Under the pieces are notes generated by a model that saw only the letters and a list, made by a program, of their open reading frames with translations, had not been told where the DNA came from and searched no databases. 47,714 nt of DNA from Candidatus Hydrothermarchaeota archaeon (GTDB lineage Archaea > CAYFZR01), in contig JBHIEG010000015.1 in NCBI GenBank assembly GCA_046760505.1, positions 1 to 47,714 on the forward strand, read 5' to 3'. A program made the translations under genes and the position numbers. Shown here in pieces: positions 37,699 to 47,029 of this stretch (position 1 is its first letter; the number at the start of each line of letters is the position of its first letter).

Positions 37699-38223
37699 AT
37701 GCAATTGGGATTAATTATCAGACTTCTAGCTAGGGCAAGTGTTGCTTACAAAAAATCCAACGTTACTTCGGAGGAGATAAAAAAGATTTTAAATCTCCTG
37801 GGAAGAAGTTCTTACACTGGTCACCTCAAGATATCTGATTTAAATACGAATACATGGATTATTTTCAGAAAGGGAATTATAGTAGAGTACTTTACGGTCA
37901 AAAAGGGATGTTTCGAAGGAGATCTAATGGATCTCGTGATGAATCTTTCAGATGATGAGGTTTTAAAACCAATGGAGTTCGAAGTTGATGAAAAATCTGA
38001 GGTAGTCTTATACAACCCAGATGATGAACTGAATGAGAGAATTGATTATTTTCTGAAAAAACTCTCATTGGGTAATAATTCCATACCGGTTTCTAAATTC
38101 TTAAAAGATTCTGGTTTAGAACGTAGCAGGGAAGAATTACTCAAAAAATACAGGTTAAAAATACCTGATGAGAAATTGATAGATAGATTGATAGAATCTG
38201 CAGGTTTTAGTGTAAAGGCTTAA
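37699..38223 (+). CDS. Hypothetical protein, DUF2226-like
   Basis: C-terminal SREELLKKY.LK.PDE motif recalled from the archaeal DUF2226 family. Confidence 0.55.
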   Translation: MQLGLIIRLLARASVAYKKSNVTSEEIKKILNLLGRSSYTGHLKISDLNTNTWIIFRKGIIVEYFTVKKGCFEGDLMDLVMNLSDDEVLKPMEFEVDEKSEVVLYNPDDELNERIDYFLKKLSLGNNSIPVSKFLKDSGLERSREELLKKYRLKIPDEKLIDRLIESAGFSVKA

Positions 38224-38245
38224 TCTAAATTTAGATTAATCAGCG

Positions 38246-39232
38246 TTAAACAGTCCTATCTATTTCCTTAATACCAAAGTAAGGCATCATCGAAGATCCA
38301 ATGCCTAGTATCATCCAGTAATGAATCAGCCTATCTACTAACGCCAATGCAACCCCTGCTTTTACTGAAAGTCCGATTATGGCAAATAATATTACTATAC
38401 TTGCTTCTAGGATACCTAATCCTCCGGGAAGGAATGAAAAACCCCCTACAAATATAGACAATGTATAAGCAGTAGCAATACCTTCAATCGGAATGTAATT
38501 GTTTAGCGCCAACAAAATTATCCATATTCTGAATAGTTCTAAACTCCAATTTAATAAAGTACAGATGAATACGAAAATTAAAGTGCTTGGCGATTTCATT
38601 AGCAACTTGAAGTTGTCATGAAATAAGAATAGCCTAGTAATCCCTGCAGACCTAAATTTTCTAGGTATAAACTTGCCTATACTGTATAATACTCTTTCAT
38701 CCAATAGAGCAGCTGTTAAGATGAGAAGGATGATGAAAACAATTAGCAGAAATATTATAAGTATATCCAAACTTTTAGGGGGTAAATTCCACTTAGAGAT
38801 AACGAAAAATAAGCCAACTGCTCCAAAAAGAAACATTACTATAAAATCCATTAATCTCTCGGTGATTATGGTAGCCATACCCTCAGAAATTCTAAGTTTA
38901 AATCTCATTTTCAAGAAGTAAGCCCTAACTGGTTCTCCGCCTATCTTAGCACCGGGAGTAATGTTGTTTCCGAATAGACCTATTATGATGAAGGGAAGAA
39001 GCCTTACTGGATCAATCCTAAAACCTATTTTGTTAAGCAGATAGCTCCATCTAACTGACCTTATATAAACAGTGATGAAGTAAATTAAAATTGCAAACCC
39101 CAGCAATGTGGGCTCTATTGAATAGAGTATGGCTCCCACTTCTTTCCATCCGACAAGCATAAACATTACTACGAATATGGTTATGCTAACTACAGAGAGT
39201 AACAGTATGCGTTTGGACGTTACTTCATACAC
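38246..39232 (-). CDS. Flippase-like membrane protein (lysylphosphatidylglycerol synthase TM / UPF0104)
   Basis: RW..LL, NNITPG..GGEP.R, ER..D, PGGLG..E, R...YW; start moved to GTG 39232 (AGGTGG RBS) to avoid overlapping cobQ. Confidence 0.85.
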   Translation of the reverse strand: MYEVTSKRILLLSVVSITIFVVMFMLVGWKEVGAILYSIEPTLLGFAILIYFITVYIRSVRWSYLLNKIGFRIDPVRLLPFIIIGLFGNNITPGAKIGGEPVRAYFLKMRFKLRISEGMATIITERLMDFIVMFLFGAVGLFFVISKWNLPPKSLDILIIFLLIVFIILLILTAALLDERVLYSIGKFIPRKFRSAGITRLFLFHDNFKLLMKSPSTLIFVFICTLLNWSLELFRIWIILLALNNYIPIEGIATAYTLSIFVGGFSFLPGGLGILEASIVILFAIIGLSVKAGVALALVDRLIHYWMILGIGSSMMPYFGIKEIDRTV

Positions 39233-39256
39233 CAAAACCACCTTAATGGGATAGTT

Positions 39257-40747
39257 ATGAGAGCGATAATGGTTCAGGGAACCGGATCGAGCGCTGGCAA
39301 AACAGTTTTCGTTGCAGGCGTATGTAGAAGTCTTGCCAGACGAGGTTTTAAAGTTACACCATTTAAGTCTCAAAACATGTCTCTTAACTCTTTCGTCACG
39401 AAAGAAGGGGATGAGATAGCGGTCGCACAGGCACTTCAGGCATTTGCATGCGGAATAGATCCCAAAAAAGAAATGAATCCTATACTACTCAAACCAAAGG
39501 AAGATGCCGTATCTCAGGTTATTGTTTTAGGCAAGCCTGTAGGAAACATGAATTTTAATGAATACAGAGGAAATTTCTACGAAAAAGCATTGGAAGTTAT
39601 AGAGAATTCGCTGAATTCGTTGAAAAATGAATACGAGGTAGTTGTGATAGAAGGTGCAGGAAATCCTGCTGAAATTAATATAATGGATAGAGACCTAGCA
39701 AACATGAAGATAGCGGAAATTGCAGATGCAAACGTAATACTTATCGCAGATATAGATAAAGGAGGTGTTTTTGCCAGCATTTATGGAACATACAAGTTAC
39801 TTCCTGAGAAATGGAGAAGAAGAATAAAAGGAATCGTGATAAATAAGTTCAGGGGAGACAAAGAAATCTTAGAGCCAGGATTGAAGGAAATTGAAAAAAG
39901 AACAGGGATACCTGTAATAGGGATAATTCCCTATCATCCAACTTTAAGCATGCCTGAGGAAGATTCTGCTTCCCTGAGTGAGAGGAAGTGGAGAAGTTCA
40001 GGACCTATTGACTGTGCAGTTATATGGTTACCCAGAATATCTAATTTTACCGATATCGAGCCACTAGATTATGAACCTTCCCTATCAATAAGATTTGTAA
40101 AACTAAATGAAGACTTGGGAGAACCGGATATAATTATAATTCCAGGAACAAGAAATACAACAGAAGATCTGCTCAAATTAAAGAACTCTGATGTGTTTAA
40201 AGATATACTGAAATTTAAGGGAATATTGATAGGTATATGCGGTGGCTATCAGATACTTGGAAAAAAAATAGAGGATGAAAATCAGTTGGAGTCCAAGTAT
40301 GGATCGGTAAACGGGCTTGGATTCTTAAACGCGGTAACAGTGTTTGAAAAGGGTGAGAAGATAACTCAGCGGTTAAAAGGTTATGTCTTTTCTGAAGAGA
40401 TCTTTTTAAAAAAAATCGTTGGAAAAGAATTGAAAGGATTTGAGATACATGAAGGGACCACATACACTGAAGAAGAGCCTTTCTTAAGGGTAAAAGAAGG
40501 TATTGGCAACAATGGAGACGGATTTGATGGGTCTGTTAATGGAAACGTGATAGGAACATACATGCATGGTTTGTTTGAAAATGATTCTTTTAGGAGCGCT
40601 TTGGTAAAGCACCTCTGTGATATAAAAGGAGTAGATTATATTCCATCAAGAAAAAGAGGATTGGACAAGAGATTGAACGAACTCTCAGATATAATAGAGA
40701 AAGAAGTAGATTTTCAAAGAATATTGGAGTTAGTCTATGAGGTTTGA
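39257..40747 (+). CDS. cobQ: Cobyric acid synthase
   Basis: QGTGSSAGKT, PFKSQNMSLNS, EGAG.PAE.N, GICGGYQ, GTYMHG. Confidence 0.96.
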   Translation: MRAIMVQGTGSSAGKTVFVAGVCRSLARRGFKVTPFKSQNMSLNSFVTKEGDEIAVAQALQAFACGIDPKKEMNPILLKPKEDAVSQVIVLGKPVGNMNFNEYRGNFYEKALEVIENSLNSLKNEYEVVVIEGAGNPAEINIMDRDLANMKIAEIADANVILIADIDKGGVFASIYGTYKLLPEKWRRRIKGIVINKFRGDKEILEPGLKEIEKRTGIPVIGIIPYHPTLSMPEEDSASLSERKWRSSGPIDCAVIWLPRISNFTDIEPLDYEPSLSIRFVKLNEDLGEPDIIIIPGTRNTTEDLLKLKNSDVFKDILKFKGILIGICGGYQILGKKIEDENQLESKYGSVNGLGFLNAVTVFEKGEKITQRLKGYVFSEEIFLKKIVGKELKGFEIHEGTTYTEEEPFLRVKEGIGNNGDGFDGSVNGNVIGTYMHGLFENDSFRSALVKHLCDIKGVDYIPSRKRGLDKRLNELSDIIEKEVDFQRILELVYEV

Positions 40748-42347
40748 AGTTATTAAAAGAGAAGGACTCGCAAGAATTGGAAAGATAAAAAACGGTGAAA
40801 CGCCTAAAATTTTCAAGAAAAATGAGTTGAGCATACCTGATGAAAAGGCAATGCCTCTGGATACACCCATAGAAATCATTAAGGCATTCTTGGAGTCTTC
40901 AAAGCATTCAACACTTTATGGATTGCGCTATCCGGATCTCAGAAAAAAATCAATTGAAAGAGGAGGAAATGATTTCCTGGCAATAGGAAACTTAATTGAT
41001 ATCCTGAAAGAGCCAAAACTTTTTGTTGATACGATTTTGGATATAAAAAAAAATTACATGGGACCTCTCTATGCTCCAGTTTCTTCTTTGCCAATTTTTC
41101 TACCTGTTCTAGTTTATTCCGGCGTAGATTTATTTGATGATGTAATGATAAGGTGGTCATCTCAGAATAATCTCTTATTCTTTCCAGACGGGATATATAG
41201 CATGGATGAAGTGGATGCATGTTCATGTCCATCATGCGAAGATGGGGACTTCTATGCTCATAATTTGAATGTAATCGAGGGAGAAATTGAACTTTGTAAA
41301 TATCACATAAAAAAAGGAGATTTCAGGATCTGGCTTGAGTCAAGGATAGTTAGAAATCCTCTGGCCTACTCTATAGTCAAGTTACTCGACCTTCATGCAT
41401 ATGAAATCATAGAAAAGGAACTTCCAGTGGTAAACTCTAATTTGTGCTTTACTACTTCAAGCGCCTTGAACTTTCCCATCATAAAAAGATGGAGAGAGAG
41501 GGTTCTTAAAAGATTTACATCAGAAAAGCCTGTACTTTTGCTTTTACCCTGCTCGGCTAAAAAACCCTACTCGACATCTAAGACTCATAAAAAAATATTC
41601 AGACTGCTTAGAGATGCTGGAAACCCAAATTTCGTCCAAGAAATGATTTTAACCTCTCCTCTCGGTCTTGTTCCTAGGGAGTGGGAGAACATATATCCTG
41701 CGGCGCACTACGATACCTCTGTAACAAGAAAATGGGATTACGAAGAGATAAACATAATCGGAGAGATGATATATCAAATATCCAAGGGTTATGATGAGAT
41801 TCTCTCATTCTTGCCTGAGGATTATGAGGTTTTATGTGAAAATGCTCGAGAAAAAGGATGCGAAATAGAATTCATAAGATCAGAGGAGGAGTTTATAAGT
41901 ACTATAAGAGATATGGACTACGATTTCAAAGAGAATAGATACGAAAGGTACAGGAAAATTATTGATTACCAGTTCGGCACAGGATTGTCTCATGAATTCA
42001 TAAGGGATGACTGCATGCTAAGAGGCAGAATTCCAAGAATATACTTGAGAGATGAGCTAATATGCACTTTAAACCCTAAAACAGGTCTATTTTCTCTTAA
42101 TATTGCTGGAGGAGAAATATTAAATGAATTTGACAGATACTGGATCGAAATAAATACAGAGGACATAGTGGGCAACCTCATAAACAGACCTGCAGTGGAA
42201 GATATTCACGAAGATGTTAGAATAGGGGACGAAGTTGTTATCAGGATTGACGGCAGGATTTTTGGTGTCGGACGCTCATTAGCCAGTAAATTAGATTTGC
42301 CCCTAGAAAGAGGATCTTTTGTAAAAATAAGACACAAAGCTGGTTGA
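40737..42347 (+). CDS. arcS: Archaeosine synthase subunit alpha (TgtA2)
   Basis: Degenerate TGT barrel, LLPCSAKKPYS.S.TH, TSPLG.VPRE.E..YPA..YD, C-terminal PUA-like domain. Confidence 0.9.
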   Translation: MRFEVIKREGLARIGKIKNGETPKIFKKNELSIPDEKAMPLDTPIEIIKAFLESSKHSTLYGLRYPDLRKKSIERGGNDFLAIGNLIDILKEPKLFVDTILDIKKNYMGPLYAPVSSLPIFLPVLVYSGVDLFDDVMIRWSSQNNLLFFPDGIYSMDEVDACSCPSCEDGDFYAHNLNVIEGEIELCKYHIKKGDFRIWLESRIVRNPLAYSIVKLLDLHAYEIIEKELPVVNSNLCFTTSSALNFPIIKRWRERVLKRFTSEKPVLLLLPCSAKKPYSTSKTHKKIFRLLRDAGNPNFVQEMILTSPLGLVPREWENIYPAAHYDTSVTRKWDYEEINIIGEMIYQISKGYDEILSFLPEDYEVLCENAREKGCEIEFIRSEEEFISTIRDMDYDFKENRYERYRKIIDYQFGTGLSHEFIRDDCMLRGRIPRIYLRDELICTLNPKTGLFSLNIAGGEILNEFDRYWIEINTEDIVGNLINRPAVEDIHEDVRIGDEVVIRIDGRIFGVGRSLASKLDLPLERGSFVKIRHKAG

Positions 42348-42348
42348 A

Positions 42349-43320
42349 ATGATACCAGTAACTTGGGTAAAGGAAGACAGATTGTTGGAGTCACCTGGCA
42401 AATCGGTTTTTGTTATTCTCCCAACCAAAGGATGCAGCTGGAACCGTTGCAGGATGTGCAACTATCCAGTTCCTTCAAAGAATGTAACTCAAGAAGAAAT
42501 AAGGAGGCAGTTTGATTACATTATGAATAAAATAAAGGATGAGCATTCTTTAAAGATATTCACGTCTGGAAGTTTTTTCGATGAGAGAGAACTATCTAAA
42601 GAGACAATAGATTATATTTTTAAAAAAGTCGATGAAAATGAAAATATAAGGGAATTTGTGGTTGAAAGCAGACCTGAATTCATAAAGAATTTGGATGAAT
42701 TCAATATTCCAGAAAAATACTTCGAAGTCGCAATTGGACTAGAATCCGCCAATGATTTTACGAGGAATTTGTTGATAGACAAGGGCGTCCCTTACAGTGT
42801 TTTTGAGGATGCAGTCTTTTATCTAAAGGAAAAGGGGATAGGAGTGAAAATTTATCTTCTCCTAAAACCCCCCATGCTCTATGAGAGGGAATCTATAAAT
42901 GACGTAGTATATTCCCTCAAGAAAATAAAGTATCTGAAGGTGAATACGGTCTCTATAAATCCGTGTACGGTCCATAAGAACACATTGACAGAAAAATTAT
43001 TTTTTAAAAGACAGTACAGGCCCCCCTGGCTTTGGAGTGTGGTTGAGACATGTAAACAAGCCTTGAAAATACTTGAAAAAACCCGAATAATAGTTGATCC
43101 GGTGGGAGCCGGCTCTTTAAGAGGTCCTCATAACTGCGGATCGTGCGACAAGAAGATTAAAGAAAAGATAGACGAATTCACCCTCTACCAAACAGATAAA
43201 GTATTCAAAAATTTAGAATGCAACTGTAAATCTCTCTGGAAAAGTATTTTGGAACTAGAAGACTATTGCAGGGGAATTGATTTATACAATACGCTGGAAT
43301 TCATGGAAAAAATGAAATAA
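42349..43320 (+). CDS. raSEA: Archaeosine biosynthesis radical SAM protein RaSEA
   Basis: T.GC.W..C.MC.Y, FTSGSF, ESRPE, GLES, YRPPWLWS, RGPHNCG.CD; adjacent to arcS. Confidence 0.92.
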   Translation: MIPVTWVKEDRLLESPGKSVFVILPTKGCSWNRCRMCNYPVPSKNVTQEEIRRQFDYIMNKIKDEHSLKIFTSGSFFDERELSKETIDYIFKKVDENENIREFVVESRPEFIKNLDEFNIPEKYFEVAIGLESANDFTRNLLIDKGVPYSVFEDAVFYLKEKGIGVKIYLLLKPPMLYERESINDVVYSLKKIKYLKVNTVSINPCTVHKNTLTEKLFFKRQYRPPWLWSVVETCKQALKILEKTRIIVDPVGAGSLRGPHNCGSCDKKIKEKIDEFTLYQTDKVFKNLECNCKSLWKSILELEDYCRGIDLYNTLEFMEKMK

Positions 43321-43325
43321 AAGAA

Positions 43326-44807
43326 TTACAATGAAATATTTTTCATTGCCTCAAATGTTTCCTGAGCATTTTTCGCTGCTTTTCTTGGATGACCTTCAAC
43401 TCTGGTTTCAACAATAACAGGGAATTTCGTTGGAACTGCTATTCCGCAGATGAATGCTTCGTGATCCGATAATCCTGCTAAATACTGCCTAAGCGCCCTT
43501 GATCCATATTCCGTGTAATTAATGATCGCGTCCTGATCGCTCCCGGACATCAATCTAAAGCTTATAACCGAGTTGCACTGACTTATGACTGATTTAGAAA
43601 CATATGCTGGTCTTTGAGTCATTATTATGAAGCCCAAGTTATATCCTCCCCCTTGAGAAATTGCCTCCGTTATCGCCTCGGAGCTTTCTTTCCAATTTTC
43701 ACCGTACTTCACCATCTGAACTTCAGGAGCAAAGTATTGAACTTCTTCTATCGCAATTATTGCTCCAAAGTCATCGTTTGCCATTGCCTCTCTCAGTAAT
43801 TCTTTAATTATGTCTCTTGCAATTCTTTGTTGTCTTGAAATATCTGTATCCACAGAGAAATCTATAAGTGAGATTTCGTTCTCTTTCAAAATCTTTACCG
43901 GATCCAGTGATTCTGCTGGAAGCGCTTCTATCATATGTCCGTATTTGATGAGGTTCTCATTCACAATTGTTTTGAACCTATTTTTATGGCCTGGAGATCC
44001 TTTTCTCTCTATTTCGTTGAATATATATTCTTTGAGTTCTTCGTAGGAGGGAATCTTGATTCCATCGTTTTGCATTTTCTCTATAGCAGAGGCTACGAGA
44101 TCAAGTAGTTTTCCCCCAACATTCAACATCGATGCAACGTCTTTAGGATTCATGCTAGCGAAAGGTTTCATGAAGTCCGTGTATTTGAAACATTTACCTC
44201 CAACAGATTCAACTAACGGGGTGTACTCTCCTCTTCTATCGAATATTACTATATGAATTGGAGGATCAACCTCTTTTTTTGCAGCCAAGACAAGAGAAAG
44301 TAAGAAAGTACTTTTACCTGATCTCGTCATTCCGCAAATAAAACAGTGTCCTTTCACAAGACCGTTTAAATCCAAGGAAATAGGGATCTCTAGGTTTCTG
44401 AGATTACCAATTTTGAGATAGTAACCCTTTTCTATTGGTGTTATGAATTTTTCAAGGTCCTTTTCCTCTGCTTTGTACACTGGAGTCCATGTGGCCGGTG
44501 GCATTTCTAGCGGTCTGAATTTTTTTCCATCGAAGTATCCCAATGGCTCAGCTTGGACTATAAGAATTTCTTGATCGGAGGAAGGTAGTTTGAGTCCTTT
44601 CTTTGCATATCTTGGTCCATATCTTGTTATATCCATTTCTGGATTTTTGTAGTTTATCCCGATCGCTCTTGTTAGCACATCCACTCCTCTGGTCGGGTGC
44701 TTCACGATGTAGTAATTACCAAATTCAGCATGTTTTCCCTCCATGACTACGAATGAAAAAATATCATGAGCGGAGTTATCTATTATCCATCCTACAGGCT
44801 CTTTCAT
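43326..44807 (-). CDS. herA: HerA/FtsK-family ATPase (DUF87, N-terminal HAS barrel)
   Basis: H..I.GMTRSGKS, IFD..GEY, IEEVQ.FAP, TQRP, SQCN. Confidence 0.85.
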   Translation of the reverse strand: MKEPVGWIIDNSAHDIFSFVVMEGKHAEFGNYYIVKHPTRGVDVLTRAIGINYKNPEMDITRYGPRYAKKGLKLPSSDQEILIVQAEPLGYFDGKKFRPLEMPPATWTPVYKAEEKDLEKFITPIEKGYYLKIGNLRNLEIPISLDLNGLVKGHCFICGMTRSGKSTFLLSLVLAAKKEVDPPIHIVIFDRRGEYTPLVESVGGKCFKYTDFMKPFASMNPKDVASMLNVGGKLLDLVASAIEKMQNDGIKIPSYEELKEYIFNEIERKGSPGHKNRFKTIVNENLIKYGHMIEALPAESLDPVKILKENEISLIDFSVDTDISRQQRIARDIIKELLREAMANDDFGAIIAIEEVQYFAPEVQMVKYGENWKESSEAITEAISQGGGYNLGFIIMTQRPAYVSKSVISQCNSVISFRLMSGSDQDAIINYTEYGSRALRQYLAGLSDHEAFICGIAVPTKFPVIVETRVEGHPRKAAKNAQETFEAMKNISL

Positions 44808-44808
44808 T

Positions 44809-45888
44809 TTATAACCTCCATATCTCAAGTCTTCTCAAATCTGCCATGTCCAAATCATCATTTGAGAGTCTGCCAGACTTCACTTCATCCATAATGTGGG
44901 ATATGAATCTATTATACGTTAAATCCGTGGTCGGAACGCTAACTTTGGTTAGAGCATCAGCCCTTAGAATATGAAAAGGAATTCCGCTTAAGGGATCCGA
45001 GGTTGAATAAATTACAGAACTGATTTCATCTACTTTTTCCTTTAAGCATGCAGGAATTTCAACTCTTATTGGACTATGCTTTGATGTTCTCAGGAAAAAA
45101 AGTTTAACATCTTTATGCTCACTTGGAAATTCGTCTTTCAACATTCTTCCCTCAGCAGGCTTGATTAACTCGGTTCTCTGTCCCTTTCGAAGTATTGGTG
45201 CAAGAAGGACAGAATCTCTCATTGGCTTTTGAAGTCCGAGAATCTTGGAGTAAAGAATCGATCTTACGCGCTTAACTATGCATGCAAAAAGCATATTCCT
45301 CTCTTCGTATTCCTTTATGATCGTATCGAGCAGTGAGAAGAGGGCATTCATCATTTTTTCATAATCCTCTTTATATCCATCTGAATCATCTAAACTAGGA
45401 ATATACCTGCTGTTGGGTATCAGTGGACCATCCAAAAGCAAGATATCAGGTTTTCTTTTTTCTATGGCAATTTTAGCAATTTCGTACATGATCCGATCTC
45501 TTATAACCGCTGCTCTCCTTCCAGGATCGAACTCATCATCCCAAAGCAGAGATGTTCCAGAAGAAATTGGTGTTTTATCCTCTTCGTCCAATCCCCTAGA
45601 AGTATATGCCAGCGCTCCAACGATTCCAAAGTAGAATCCTTCTAATGCTTTACCGTTTCCTCCTCCATCAACTCCTGCAATCTTATATTTGGATATCCCT
45701 TTTCTATCGAGTTCTGCAACGCTTACAGGTTTAATACTTTTATATAAATCATCTAGAACTTTTTTTCTTTCCCTTACAAGAGTTATGTAACTTTCAACAG
45801 CCCTGGGAATTTCCTTAACTACGTGTTGATATATCTGAGGGTGTAAGGTATCAATCTCCTCCTCCATCTCAGACAAAATATTCACCAC
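44809..45888 (-). CDS. nurA: NurA-family 5'-3' nuclease
   Basis: AGVDGG, conserved E (MYE), LLDGPL, VKR, RVE, G.P..I..AD. Confidence 0.85.
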   Translation of the reverse strand: MVNILSEMEEEIDTLHPQIYQHVVKEIPRAVESYITLVRERKKVLDDLYKSIKPVSVAELDRKGISKYKIAGVDGGGNGKALEGFYFGIVGALAYTSRGLDEEDKTPISSGTSLLWDDEFDPGRRAAVIRDRIMYEIAKIAIEKRKPDILLLDGPLIPNSRYIPSLDDSDGYKEDYEKMMNALFSLLDTIIKEYEERNMLFACIVKRVRSILYSKILGLQKPMRDSVLLAPILRKGQRTELIKPAEGRMLKDEFPSEHKDVKLFFLRTSKHSPIRVEIPACLKEKVDEISSVIYSTSDPLSGIPFHILRADALTKVSVPTTDLTYNRFISHIMDEVKSGRLSNDDLDMADLRRLEIWRL

Positions 45889-45980
45889 CGAGAATTCTGT
45901 AAGTATTGTTTTAACTTATTTTCTTAAATTGATTTCTAATAGATATAACAGAATGTGGTTTTTCTAAAGCATCAACGATC

Positions 45981-46298
45981 TCAGAAAATATATTTTTCCC
46001 AGCGTTCTTTTATCTCTTCCTCTTTCTTTCTTATGAGTGCACCTTCTTTCAGAGTTCTTGCTACAAAATCTGTCAGATAATCAGGATTATCCCTGAGCAT
46101 GACGGTCATCGTTTTTTGTAACATTTCTTCTTCCGGGAGTACGTCCTGAAGCATTCTCTCCATTCCTATCTCCAAAATCAATTCTACGTACTCTTCAACA
46201 GATTCAAATTCCTCTCCAAGGACTGTGTCAATTATTTTCTTAAAAGATTCTACCCTTTTGTATATTTCATCAGATATTTCGACTTCAGGCATGCTCAC
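45981..46298 (-). CDS. Hypothetical acidic protein, possible N-terminal ribbon-helix-helix
   Basis: GAGG RBS; PEVEISDEIYKRV beta-alpha start; co-oriented with nurA/herA. Confidence 0.6.
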   Translation of the reverse strand: MSMPEVEISDEIYKRVESFKKIIDTVLGEEFESVEEYVELILEIGMERMLQDVLPEEEMLQKTMTVMLRDNPDYLTDFVARTLKEGALIRKKEEEIKERWEKYIF

Positions 46299-46343
46299 AA
46301 CCTCTCTGTGATATAGGCAATCATAACTTTCTAAAATCTGTTT

Positions 46344-46509
46344 CTTTTAATCTTCCATTTTCCGAGCGTTTACATGATATGTAAACAACGATCCTTTTCT
46401 TTCAATCCTCATTTTACGAGGCTATCTTTTGGAACCGAAACAAATAGTTTCGAGTATGTCAGTAGAAATAGACTTTCAATCCTCATTTTACGAGGCTATC
46501 TTTTGAAAC
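46344..46509 (-). CRISPR. CRISPR mini-array: two 37-nt repeats, one 37-nt spacer, degenerate trailer repeat
   Basis: Repeats at 46399-46435 and 46473-46509 (minus strand GTTTCAAAAGATAGCCTCGTAAAATGAGGATTGAAAG, one mismatch between copies); ATTGAAAG 3' end; CCTC/GAGG hairpin; partial copy at 46344-46366; next to cas4 and cas1. Confidence 0.85.
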
Positions 46510-46620
46510 CGTATTTTATATATCTCTATATATTTTATATTCTTTCCTGTCAACTCCTTTTTGATACCTTTGTGTGAAGGGTAATTTCTCGGTGGGTTAT
46601 ATATAAAACCCTTCACATAA
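46510..46620 (-). promoter_or_regulatory. CRISPR leader with TATA box inside an inverted repeat
   Basis: AT-rich; TTATATATAA near 46598-46607, flanked by TGTGAAGGGT (46573-46582) and ACCCTTCACA (46608-46617). Confidence 0.6.
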
Positions 46621-47029
46621 ATAAAATCCTGGGGTGGCATATGATTTTTCTATTGTTTGATGAAGAACTTACTTTTTCCATTATTCTTTAGTAAAAATGG
46701 TTTTTTTAGAATATTAGAGATCATTAATAAATTTAAAAATAAAAAGAATAAATTTTCGCCTAAATGTATATAAATGTGTGTTTTTCCTGCACTTTTCTTT
46801 AAACGCGGGAGATCTTTTTGTTCTGAGAATAATAAATGACCAATCACACCTTAGCGGTAAAATTAGAACAAAATTAGTCTTCAATTTTAATTAGAAGTAA
46901 TTATACATCTAATTATTAAAAATAAATAAAAATCACGGTAGATATTATAAAAATACTGGAATAATTACCCTAAAAATTGATTTAAGCAATGATCAAAATA
47001 AATCAAATGTGTTGAAATTTTTTTAGCAT

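Noticed and set aside
39233-39373. N-terminal extension of the flippase ORF in the track
   Set aside because: It is the antisense of the conserved cobQ N-terminus; the true start is near 39232.
45884-46594. 10-nt complementarity (CCACCGAGAA) between the CRISPR leader and the nurA start region
   Set aside because: Short, and the leader copy lies between the TATA box and the probable TSS, so it is likely untranscribed; consistent with chance.
46650-46847. 65-aa ORF between cas4 and the leader (possible cas2 or toxin)
   Set aside because: No Cas2 motif (no YD/VQ.SVF); low-complexity AT-rich sequence; only a weak RBS-like signal.
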